DNA of 59,212 nucleotides, counting the filler, from Sphacelaria rigidula (lineage: Eukaryota), in assembly GCA_964200075.2 (NCBI GenBank). It is 5 parts of 5 records of this genome, joined end to end, with 100 filler letters (N's around TTAATTAATTAA, not from the genome) between each part and the next. Parts side by side here need not be neighbours in the genome. Positions count along the whole stretch, not along the records: positions 47,452 to 59,212 come from CAXNAA020004539.1; 4 more parts are not named here. One strand, written 5' to 3'. The notes beneath the pieces are model-generated. The model saw only the letters and a list, made by a program, of their open reading frames with translations, was not told the DNA's origin and searched no databases. How positions within the stretch are numbered: position 1 is the stretch's first letter; each line of letters begins with the position of its first letter. This document shows positions 47,987 through 59,212 of this stretch, one piece after another. A program made the translations under genes and the position numbers.

Positions 47987-50900
47987 CAAGCTCTTGAGTC
48001 GCTGACGCTGCTGCATCTGCGCGTGCAGCGGGGTGGCCGGGATCTTGAGCGCACACAGCACGGCAGCCACTCGCCTCGCGCACGCAATGGCGTTTACGAA
48101 GATAAGCGTACGTCCCGGGTACATAGCGCAGAACAGGTACGTGTGCACGTCCTTGTCCATCTGTAAGAAGCGCAAGAATCACCGACACAGTATGTCAGGG
48201 GCGGTGCTACTTGTGGTGGTGAACTCTGCCTGTGAAGGAAGTTCCTCCACAAGAGCGGAAACTAGCCAAGACTTCATACCAAATATAATAAACACATCTC
48301 TAGAGTAGATCGAAGGGGAACAGTATCCGTACGAACACTGACTCACTGACTTGGGAGTCTCGGTTCTTCCTGCCGTAAATTGTCTGCAAGGCGAGGTATT
48401 AGAGGGTTTCGGGAAACGCTTTTTTAGTCATTTCAGAGCGCAAATACCTCAGGACTAGAGTGCAGAATAAGAATAAACACTTGATAGAAAAAAATTTGAG
48501 AGGATACCACATTTCACGGAGGGGGGAATAATTTCTCCTTACACTCTGATCCTGACATGTTTGCACTCTGAAATGACAAAAAAGCGTTTTCCGAAACTCT
48601 CCGTTCTCCCCCCCTCGACATGTTCACGCTATTTGCCAGAGTTTTTGCACATATGTACATGGGCACAGCACCAGAGTCGTGAAAGCAACCACCGCAACCA
48701 GTCGGCGTACATGAAGGCCAGCTACTGCCATCAAGCACCGTGGGTACGCAAGGCACGTCCGTACCTGGAGGCTCTTCAAGCTGCATAAACGCAAACCAGC
48801 CGGTAAAGCCGGCGGAGGCGCTGCCGTCGCCTGTTCCCCGGCGCCCTCCACATCCTCTGAGCCCCCTCCCCCCTCCACTCCTCCGATAGACCGCTTACCC
48901 ATATCGATCACAGCAGGTTCACCCCGCACACCAACACGCTTCATGATGTTAGCAACAGGATCATCCGCTGACTTTGGTGCGTGTGCGGCTTTCCTGCCGC
49001 CTTTCTTCCGCCGCTGCTGCCGTCCGGTGGACGCTAGGGTAAGGGTGGCGGAGAAGACGTATGTCTGTCGCCCGAAATTGTGCGGATGTTTGGGCACCGC
49101 TGCCGACGTTGGTGTTGGGATGCCTCGCTCGTCAAGGGGAGGAGCACAAACAGGAGAGGGGACGTTGCCTGCTGGGGTGGTCTGTGACAAGAACCGCTGT
49201 GGCATGTCCTTCATAGCGCCGGACTCATCACCCATGGGATCATCTTCGTCGTCGCCACCATCATCGGGATCCGCCGCTGTACTACCAGTCCACTCTGACG
49301 GCAAGCTCCACTCCCCCCCTTCATTCACATCGAATGGCGAATCCCCACCAAGAGCGAATGGGACAGCAAACTTCCTATCCCTCTTCCCAATATTCCCTCC
49401 GGAGGAAACACTTCCGCTTATTTTACGCGCGCGCTTACTAGCACCCCCGACCCTGCTACCGCCCTCCCCGCCCTCACCACCAACGACACCCTCTTCTTCA
49501 GGTGCTGTATCACGGCCATCCGCCCTGTCCAACAGAGAAAACAGGCGTTTCAACTCTGGATAATGACCAGTTTCCAACATCCGATCGGCCTCATCGACCA
49601 CCAGGTGTCGAAGCGTTTCCAATCGCGAGAGATGTGCGTGGGTTCCCGCTAGTTCCCAGAACCGTCCGGGCGTGGCGACCACCACCTCCGGCCGGCGGGA
49701 GAGCTGTCGTTCTTGTTTCACCTCCGCTAGGCCTCCGACGATTGCCTGTCGATATTTTGGGGGTCAACGATTATGGTATTTTGCTGTATGTGCTTTATTT
49801 GAGTGCCCTGCAAGTTAATTTTGTTTCTTGTTCGTGAAGGCGACGGTCATGGTAATCCTTGTTGCGTCTGGCATTTTCCCAAACCTCTAGACTCACCACA
49901 ACAGCCAAGCCCGTGCCGCCGACCACCTCCCTCAAGTGCGCCGCCACCTGCAACGCAAGCTCGCGAGTGGGACAAAGTACTAGCGCCTGCAACCCCTGCT
50001 GCTCCTTCTTTTCTCCATCCATCCCCACCCGATGCCCATCATCAGCATCACCGTCACCGGCATCAGCCTCACCACGAGTCAAAACACCCGCGTCTATTTC
50101 CCTAGCAGCAGCAGAGACGGCGACGGCGTCGCGACGGGCCAGGATCTCACTAAGAAGAGGAAGTCCGTAAGCCAGCGTTTTTCCCGATCCCGTTTCCGCC
50201 GCCCCGATGATATCTTTGCGGCCGAGGATGGCCTTGGGTAGCACCCGTTTCTGGATGGGGGTAGGGTCGTGGAAGCCCTGAATTTTGATTTCCGATTTCC
50301 GATTTTCGATTCGGTGCGGCGCAGGCAGGGAAATGAAGGGAAGCCGCTTTTGTATTGCCATTGTGTGTACAGATAATGGCATGAGTAACCGCCTTCGCCT
50401 AGGCCAAGATAGTCCGCAATTTTTTCTGTTTGAGTAAAGAATTACTCCGACTATCAGCTTCTGCAACCCATGACATACTCTGCACACACACATCCAACCA
50501 GCTAGCCCCCTACCCCCCTGTTTCTCTGCGCCCCCCCACGATTTTTCGTCATCACCTTCATGAGATGCCCCGACCTGGAACATGGAAAAAGCCTGGGCAG
50601 GCCTTTAAGACTTCCCTGCCCACCGCCTACCCTACGCAACTGTAAACAGTATTGCAGGCATGTGCATTTCCACGTTCGTTTCCCCTCGAAAACTCGTACT
50701 TCGTATCCTTGAGAACCATCATCTTCTAATACCACCTTCATCCATGCCACACCACAACAATCCAACACTCATCACCTGACGATGCAGATGCCACATCAAA
50801 GCCGGGTGCAGCTCAACGCCCAAATACGTCCACGGCAGCATTTTCGCCGATTCCTCCGCTTCTAGCTCCCAGCCATCGTTCCTCGTCCGCGACATATCGT

Positions 50901-52384
50901 TTCCCCCTTCACCCGCCGCCGCCTCGCCCTGTTCCCGCCCTCCCACTCCAAGCTCTTTATTCAGCTTATTTTTCTTCTTGAGCTTTTTTCTTTGGTTTCT
51001 CGTTAGCTTCGGAGTTCCCCCCTCGCTGCTCCGCAGTTTGCTGTCGCTGGCTGCAACAACCGGAGCTGCTGCAGACGCCGCGACTTCCGAAGCGTCCTTG
51101 TCAGCCCCCTGAACTTGCAAAACTTGCACTTTTTTGTCTCCTCCTGTCGCCAACACAGTCGCCTCCACGGCGGTGTTGGACGCTCCCACAGCGGCAGTTG
51201 GAATACTAGTAGCATCTGCTGCCTCGGGATTTACACTGCCGATGGAGCCAATAAAATTCGAAACCGCGGCAGATGAAATGGACCGTGGCGCCCCACGCCC
51301 CGAGATGGCTTCATTTCCAGACTCTTGTTCGTCGTTCGCCACAGCGGGGCTATTATCTCCGTCTATCGCGGCCGAGTCGGTCTGTTCTGCACAAGTGCCA
51401 CTTTCCCTCCCGAGGGGCGGCGCCATTGCGGCTGCCGCAGCCTTTGCCCTTGCCTTTTTTTCCGTTCCCTTGCCTCTCCTCTTCTTTCTTTTGGGTCGGG
51501 TTTCCGTTGCGACAGCGGTGTTATTTTTGTGGCCGATATCGCCGTCGTCCTTGTCGGTGACTCTCGATCCAACCGAGCTAGGGACATGACCGTCACTGAC
51601 AGTGTTATCTGTTCCTAATGTTGCGCCGCATGAAGCGGGAGACGCTGCCGATACAGATGGCGCGTGCGCCGACGCGCTTCTGGGGGTGCTGCTTTTCTCT
51701 TTATTGTCAGCAGTACTGGATGCACTCACAATTGCCGCAGGGTTCGCGTTCGTCGTCGTCGACTGGACAACCTCCATGAAATCGATGTTTGCGCCAGCTT
51801 TGTTCCCCTTCTTGGCGCCGCCTGCAGTTGCTGATGCTTTTTCCGCGCTGTCCTTCCTTGTCTTCTTGCTCTTCTTTTTACTCCTCGTTTTTTGTCCCGT
51901 CTCTTTTGCTGCTGACTCCACCACCGCCACAGCTGTTGCGTCCTTGTTGCCTCGTGAAGTATCAGCCGCATGGGCGTCGGGAGAAGAACCAGTTTCATTG
52001 AAAACCATCTGCGTCAAAATAATTGGATGATGTGGGAGGGCGGGGGGGAAGGCGGGAGGACGGGGAATAAGGATGCGCATGTCCCAACACCTCGCAGTCA
52101 GTCCCGCACTGCTTCTGGCCTTAGATTTAACCAGGATTCAGGATTCAGGATTCTCAACGCCTGCATAGCTGGGATAGATGAACAAGCACGGATGAATTAC
52201 GTCAAGTAACATGCAGTCATGTCAAGTCATGCCAAGTTCAAATTCAACTTGGAACTCAGAAAGGGCACACCTGTGAAGCCCCAGTGGTATCCTTTTCGAG
52301 GGCGTAGTCGTTTCCGGATATCTCCTCCAACGTGTACATGACAACTTGTTCCTCTCCTCCCATTCCCTTCCAACCATCGTCGCG
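47987..52384 (-). CDS. DDX24: DEAD-box RNA helicase, DDX24/MAK5 family (partial: first exon not located, 3' exons beyond the scaffold edge)
   Basis: Phase-0 GT-AG exons 52384-52271 ([12 protein letters not shown]), 52008-50776, 50277-49897 (Q motif GFHDPTPIQ, motif [11 protein letters not shown], Ia PTRELALQ), 49745-48765 ([23 protein letters not shown]) and 48160-47987 ([24 protein letters not shown]). [14 protein letters not shown] and [11 protein letters not shown] are typical of DDX24/Mak5. Confidence 0.93.
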
Positions 52385-54764
52385 CTGCCGGAGGAACAAA
52401 CGGCAACGACATGGATCTGCATTTCATGGATCAACGCTTTATGTTCATGACTACTTTCAAGCAAGCGTATGAACATCGACTGGTTCGGGGAACGGAGTCA
52501 AGAGTAGAAATACGGGTTCAAGTGTAGGAAGTTCGGGAAAAGACGAGTCTGTGCAGCGAGTTGGCTACGTTGCAGCACTACAACGGTAGAAAGTCAGCCG
52601 ACCGCGAGAGCAGATATAAAATGTGTCGCTTCTACAAATAGAGGTTCAACAACTACGCAACGACGTCTACAGGCTGCGCGCCGACTCTCGTAAGAGGATA
52701 GAGGAGCAGGTGGAGGTCATGTACCCTATGGTGCGAGCACAAGCCGCAGCGCCGCAGGACGGCAACCACCCCGTGGCGAGGGGAGCTACCCGATACATTT
52801 TACGTCAGGCGGCGCTTCCACGGAACCGAGTTTTTTCGCCTTCGCTGCACGGTGTACATCGATAAATAATAGGGCAGGCGGTGGGATCGCAGAACCCGGG
52901 GGTGCCGCCGGCGATGGGAGCTTTATACCCCGGCTGGGAAAGCTGAAGGCAACAGCTAGCTGAGAGAGACCGTGGACGCAAACTTGGGGTCATCACAGGG
53001 AAAATACCGTCTTTTGTTTAGACGACAAAGCATCTTCTGATCACGGTAGCTGCGAGGCCAAGGTAGTCCATTTCGACCACGGTAACATCCACATGTTTGC
53101 TTTCGCCGACCTCCGACTACAAAAATTTTAAACCCGCAAACTATGAACGCCACGTGCAGGAATATCAACACCTAACCATACAGCCCACCCGAAAGCGCTA
53201 GCTGACGGGCTCGAGGCCGTGTGGTTATCAGACCGGAGACGTTAGGTTCAGTGCTCGCAAAGGCGGTCGAAGAGCTCACCACATTGATTTGAGTATATGG
53301 AAAGGTACAGAGGTAGTGGCGCTGCGGGCAGCACAGCTTGCCGCTGCCATCAGCGACAATCTACCTGCATTCACGTACAGGGGTGGGAACAATATCGGAC
53401 TGGCTGGTCACGCATCTCGTGGTCCAGACCAGCGGAACAGGTACAACAGCGCGGCGGATGGTCCGTGATGCGGCCATTGTGGAGGGTATCTGAGAGAGAT
53501 TATGGGGGAAGATGTGGGACGGCGAACAGTGTACGGAGCCTAGCTGCCCCTTCGACCACTCGTATCCGCGAGCAGCGGTGGAGCGGGCTGGGGGATAAGT
53601 GGGCATCAGAGTGCTCAGCTTCCGCCCTCAACAAGGCTAGGATCCAGCGAGGGAAGGGAGTCGTGGAAGAGGCACTGATGCCAGCGGCGGTGGTGGTGGT
53701 CAAGGAGGGGGAAGAGGAGGAAGAGGAGGTTGCAGGCACATGCAATGCTCCAGCAGGACGATTGCTTCATTTGTGCCGGGCGGCGGTGCAACACCTGCGC
53801 CGGACAACGGCGGTGCTTTTGGCATCCAAGTGTGGTACTTCAGCAGCGGTAAAGAGCGAGTGTCGGCTCTCGGTGGTAAAATTCAGACATTTCACTACCG
53901 CTGTTCGAGCGGGTGAATCCTTTGTACTACACGGTGTCAGAAACTGACGACAGGCAGAGGTTGCGAGAATGCTGACGTGGCTCATTGAACACGTCTCACA
54001 ACGAGTGTTACCATCAAAGAAGTTCCACCCTGACCTAAAACGATGGAAATGGGCGGTTGATCACGACATTACATGCAAATGCATCTCCTATATAATCTCC
54101 TCTGTTAGCCCAAGTACGACGCCACGCCGTGCCACTGAGTATCCGATGCTACGTTACAATCCGTGGCGGGCGATTGTCCAGGAGTAGATATTTGGTGGAG
54201 GTATGAGTCGTCAGAGTAAGAACAGATTCGGACAAGGGGGGCAACGGATGTTGACCCGAAGCCCGTCGTCGGCATCTTTTTGCCGGAGGTATTACGAATG
54301 CTATTCCCGGCATCAATCGTTTTCTACTGGATTCTGTCATTGATGTTTTTTGTTTACTGTGTTCATCCTCTTGTTTTTCCCATCCTTTCTTTTTCTTCAG
54401 CCAGTGTTTCCGGATTCTTTACCTTGGGGTCCATCTATCTTGTGTCCGATGACCACGATTGGCTCCCCCGGGGATCAGTTGGTGTATGACAATCAATAAA
54501 ATGAAAATAGAAATCATGGTGAAACAGGATAGGCCAGAGCACGAGGGATCTCCCGTGTTCCGCTTCGGAATAGTTCTTCGGCAGTCACGGGGGTCAACCG
54601 TTGCGGCCGTATTTCACATCCCGAGTGCAGGTAATGTAATCGCGGATGGCCCGTTTACATGACTACGGGGCAGGTTGCCAAAACATTGACGTGCCGTCTT
54701 CTCTTTCATGCTCTGGCAGGAGGCGAGTGTGAACCAGAGAGATGTTGCTTGTTGCTCGGCAACG

Positions 54765-54790
54765 TTGCACACACACACACACACACACAC
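54765..54790. repeat. (CA)n microsatellite
   Basis: About 11 CA units. Confidence 0.9.
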
Positions 54791-55277
54791 CGTCCCGCGC
54801 CGAAAGCACCATCGTCTCTGATCACTTACTTCGAAGGTGCTTTCAACCTCTGGAGGCAGTACTCGCACCGGGTGGTATTCGGGTGAGAAAGTTCCTGTAC
54901 GGCCTTCTTCACGTCGCATTCGAGCTAGAGGAATTCGTAGCACCCCTCTTGTTCTCCCGTGGGAATAAGATATAAGATATCGACGGTTATCGGTTATGTA
55001 CTTTCATGGCCGAGGCGGGATTGAGCTGCCTATGAGTCATCACTTCCGAAAGGCAGTGAAAGCGGGCGAACGGTGAGGGGGAACACGCAAAATAGGGAGG
55101 GATTCGCGTTAGGGCATTGTTGGCACAAGTAATGACGCTGAGGAGGTCGCGAATCAGTGAGTGCATGGTGGATCGGGGGGTTATGAATTGTGGCTATCCC
55201 TATGTATATCGTGCTGGTTCACGCTCATCACCCAAAATTTACTCATCGGCAAAAGCTCCCGCCGCTTTTTGGAGTTA

Positions 55278-55743
55278 GGCTACTTCTAATGTACCAAAAA
55301 GGAAACTCGTTGAGAAGTGCATTTTTGGCCCTTCTCCGTCGTTTGCGCCCCCCAAAGAGGGCTAGGCGGATGTTGACACCTTGGAATGACTTGCTCTACT
55401 CGCTGATACCGTTCCAGAGCACCTTTGCGTTTTCCGCAGGTCATAGTTTTGTTTTTGACCGAACTTGCATTTCCAGTAACAAACGGCCAAGTTATCTAAA
55501 AAAAGCAGTTTCCCCCCTGCTTCTCGATAACTTGACCGTTTGTTGTTGAAAATGCATGTTTGGCCAAGAACGAAACTGCGACCTACGGAAAACGCAAAGG
55601 TGCTCTGGAACGGTCTCAGCAAGTAGAGCAAGGCATTCCGAGGTGTCAACATCCGCCCAGCCCTCTGAGGGGGAAAAACGACGGGGAAGGGCCAAGAATG
55701 CACTTTTCGACAAGATTTCTTTTTCGATACATGAGAAGTAGCC
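55278..55743. mobile_element. Tourist-like (PIF/Harbinger) hairpin MITE, 466 bp
   Basis: GGCTACTTCT...AGAAGTAGCC termini with TTA on both sides (55275-55277, 55744-55746). Imperfect inverted arms of about 220 bp surround a loop of about 28 nt (55498-55525). Confidence 0.9.
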
Positions 55744-56739
55744 TTAGACCCTAACCTTTTGCACACGTATGCTTTTGGGTCATTGCAAAAAAATTGATGG
55801 GCGATTTTTTTTACTTACTTGCTGATTTTTTCACCGGTTTCCGGGGGTCACAGGGTTCTCGAAACGTCCTGTGCCCCGCACAAAACGGAGTAAAATCGAA
55901 AAGGGAAAAAAAAGCTCGTCCTTCACAATTTTTGCAATAAATAATTATACACAAGTGCACAAACTTTCAGTCCGACTCCAGAAAACGGCGTGGAGTTTTT
56001 TGTGCCCGGTGCACACTCTTGGCTACTTGATTTTAGTATGTACACGTCTTTTTCGGGTAGGTTACTAGTCGAAACGAGAAAAAAACTGCATCACATTTTC
56101 GAGTTACGCCACGGAAGTTTGTGGGATATTTTCTTGGGCTACTCCAAGACGCATAACTTTCTATTTTTTTACTTTTTGCGGCATCATGTACCGATTCCGG
56201 GAGTCCCAGCTCCCGGATGCCCGTAAAGGGTAGGAGAAAAACTGAAATATTTTCAAGGTTCGACCGGATCATCGACGGTTCGAATCACCGAATCCACGAC
56301 TTTTGAGGCCTGATTGCTTGAAACAGAGAAAAAAGCTGACCGCTGGTCAAAAAGGTCTTCATGCAATTTTTGCGCCATTCCACGTGCCTGAGGTGCGCGT
56401 ACGTTGAGCGCGACGCTATGAACATAGCCCAAGGATTGATTCGTACGGTACGAATCAATGTCACTAAAATAAAGTAATTTTCAGACGAATCATTCATTCG
56501 TCCGACCCTTGAACTTTAACCAACACATCTTTACATTGAGAGCACCAACGCCCACCGAACAGCCAAATTTGAGGGTGGCCGCACCTTTCCTACGACAGAT
56601 ATAAGGGATCCGTCAGGAGGCTCTCCGGGTCTTCGGTGCCCATCATCAGTGGGCATCCGACCACGCAAAAACCCCACATCACCGGAAAACCACGTTGTTC
56701 GGTACAATTTTCTCCCATTGTCACCGTTCTGAATTAGGT

Positions 56740-57600
56740 TCTTCCATTATATTCCCGAGCATGTGGAGATTGGGTGGAAAATGGGTCGGCGATCTGTATT
56801 TTCAATTTCAGAACAAGGTGGAGGCTGCTGATTGGTCGAGGTACATTTCCGTCCTCATCTCCATCCCTATGGCATTTACCAAAAATCCGGCTGTCACCCT
56901 CTTCAGTTGTCACTGGTGGTCAGTATAGTAACAGGTACGCGACTATTGGGCAGGTATTGCGGAAGGCATTTGCTGATGAGTGAACTTCGGGTGATGAGTG
57001 TGAACCAGCCTGTATTTCTTCGTGGGCCGAGCACCCACCTGTAGTAACGGGAAATTCCGTAGTCATTTAGGTCAAATTAGACGGGAGGCAGCACTCAAGC
57101 GAAATAAGCCGATACGGTCGCAATAAAGATTCCGGGCCCACAAAAGCGATAAAGAACGACAGGGCGTCAGGTTGTCCTACGGGAGAATACCACGGCACTC
57201 GAACATAGGCGGATTGTAATACATGGGAGGAGGTGCCTTGGAAGTGAAGGTAACACTGATGCTGTGGCACCCGGAATTGAATGCGCAGGCAGCACTATCC
57301 ACACATGAACGAGGAGTAACACCGGAGTTTGGATGCGTTTTATGAGGCGACGCTTATGTCGGTGAATATCGTTCAAAACAAGAGCTGAACCCGCGGGAAT
57401 TTGCACTGCACTCAGGTCACATAGGGGGTGCGACAAGATCGGCATCAGTGGCGGCTGTTGTTCGAGAAGAGAAGGCAGATGATGAAACGGAACATTAATG
57501 GAGTATGTACGGATGATTTGGAGATATTGTGGGGTAACTTCGCAAGCTTAATTTGTCAATACCGTTGCCAGGGAACGCCACTGGGACGGAAGATCCAATG
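56740..57600 (+). pseudogene. Tyrosine-recombinase (DIRS/Ngaro-type) retrotransposon relic
   Basis: NPREFALHSGHIGGATR at about 57388-57438 matches the HSxRIGGAT motif. REGR**NGTLMEYVR at about 57468-57512 matches GRW.S.....Y. A decayed RNase-H-end-like VENGSA near 56775 is weaker. Confidence 0.7.
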
Positions 57601-58392
57601 AAGCGATGGGAGGAGTCATGTGCCTGGGTGGGGTAGCGAGACGAATCATTGGGTGGCGGTAAAATCACCGCTGTTTGAAAAAAATAATGAGAAAACGTAA
57701 TGGTGGGACATAGACACTAAAAAAAAAATTACAATCGAACCAGATTTAGAGTCAGTTCCGTTTTGATAAGATTCGGATTAGGGCGAGGGCTACATTTGGG
57801 GTTAGGCGGTCCACATCAGTCGGCTTTTGCGTTTTGAATATGTTGGCTAGGGAAACACGATCCACCCACCCAACGATGTAAGCTCGGCTGTTGCACTCTT
57901 GATAGGCAAACATACCACTCGCGATAATGTCGAATCAACGCTCACCCAGTCTACTAGCGCTCATCTATAGTAAGCCTACCAAGGTCATCCTCAAAATTCC
58001 GCCGGGACTGTCAGAAGCCGCATTCTCGGGACAATTTGCCTCGGGCGTCGGAAGGGTGTATTCATAGGGCTGTGAGCTGGACCAGTCAACACCGCAGTAT
58101 AAACTGGAACTATCGACAATGGCGTCAGCTACATACTTTTTCTGAATTTTGCCGTTATTGGCTCTAGAAGATACCCGTTTTACCATGGTAAGCGTATAGC
58201 AGAGATGAATGCACAATTGTGCACAACTTTACGGTACAATTGAACGCTGCACTCCACTGTAGTACAAACAGTACGAACGATTCAACCCCACATCCCATCA
58301 CAGCACAGCACAGGCGCGCGCACGGCATTTTCACGGGACCGCGAGTGCTGCCCTGGCTGTTGTCCAAGGCAAGGCACCAGAGAGAGGCCTCA

Positions 58393-58736
58393 ACATGGCC
58401 GCGGTCCGTGATGGGGTTGCGGCCGCTGGTAGCAACCCCCGTAGCCTCTCCAACAAGCCCAAGGGAAAAGAAAGCTCGCAACGGAATCCCAAATGCCGCA
58501 GGACAGAGCTCCGAACCAGACAATCATACGTGAGCTGACGAATTGTCAGGCTTGCCCTTCGTGCGCTTCTCCCTGAGACGTTTTTCCTCCGCACGGATGG
58601 CGTCCGGGAGCTTTGTCCTGGGCTCTGTCCTGCTGAGCTCAAGACTCCGTTGCGAGCTTCCTTCTCCCTCGGGCTTGTTTTAGAGGCCATGAGGGTTGCT
58701 ACTCGCGGCTGCATTCCCATCGCGAACCGCGCCATC
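58393..58736. repeat. Diverged inverted duplication (arms of about 120 bp, spacer of about 110 bp)
   Basis: GTAGCAACCC...AACAAGCCC.AGGGA.AAG.AAGCTCGCAACGGA...GCAGGACAGAGC on the plus strand (58437-58510) recurs on the minus strand (58702-58622). Confidence 0.75.
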
Positions 58737-59212
58737 AGCGGCTGCAGGGCTAGCACCGATATCAGAGCCTGCTGTGCCCATGCGCGTCCACCTTACGGCC
58801 TGTCTCTGGTTTCTTGCCATGCCAAACCCCAGTTGCCAATCGCGTGGTGAAAAACGTTCTGAACATGATGCAGCACAAGCTCACCACACCTCGAAGTGAT
58901 GGAGCGGAAAGGCTTGTCGTTTCATGGCACGACATCCAAAAACAAAAACAACGAACGGTAACCCACAATCACAAGGTACCAAAACCACCGTGGCTTGTTA
59001 TTCATCTCCATGCATGTTTTTCGGGCCGGACATGGAGAATCTTGCGCTCTAATCTCCACGTGCTGCCAGATTTGGCTTACTTGCTACCATCCTCCACTCC
59101 TCATGGACGGTCCTTGCTGCTGCATACTACAGAAGGTTGATTTCGAATCGCTCACCACGTTCGATGAGATTTTGATGCCATCTAAGCTTATTTGCTCCCT
59201 CTCATGTGAGCT

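Overview
Eukaryotic genomic DNA, most likely a brown alga or other stramenopile. That taxon call is inference from GT-AG introns, TTAGGG repeats and the TE spectrum. The window is not one locus: five unrelated scaffolds of 11764, 11763, 11762, 11762 and 11761 bp are joined by artificial 100-nt N44-TTAATTAATTAA-N44 linkers. Host genes I can support: a complete 4-exon minus-strand gene with a U-box-like motif (2041-5055), a putative membrane-anchored protein (from 12448) and a partial DDX24/MAK5-type DEAD-box helicase (47987-52384). The rest is dominated by mobile DNA. This includes a full-length degenerate chromodomain Ty3/Gypsy element with both LTRs and a GGCT TSD inserted in a hAT transposase relic, a truncated relative of it, a mariner/Stowaway-type deletion derivative, a Tourist-like hairpin MITE, a P/hAT-type element with an 8-bp TSD built from 41-bp hairpin units, and LINE, SINE and DIRS-type relics. 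The most unusual items are a TGT...ACA foldback element with a 5-bp TSD carrying inward-facing telomeric repeats, and two Gypsy copies that both lack a canonical TGG primer-binding site. I found no CRISPR array, rRNA or intact tRNA, and no clearly novel multi-gene system.
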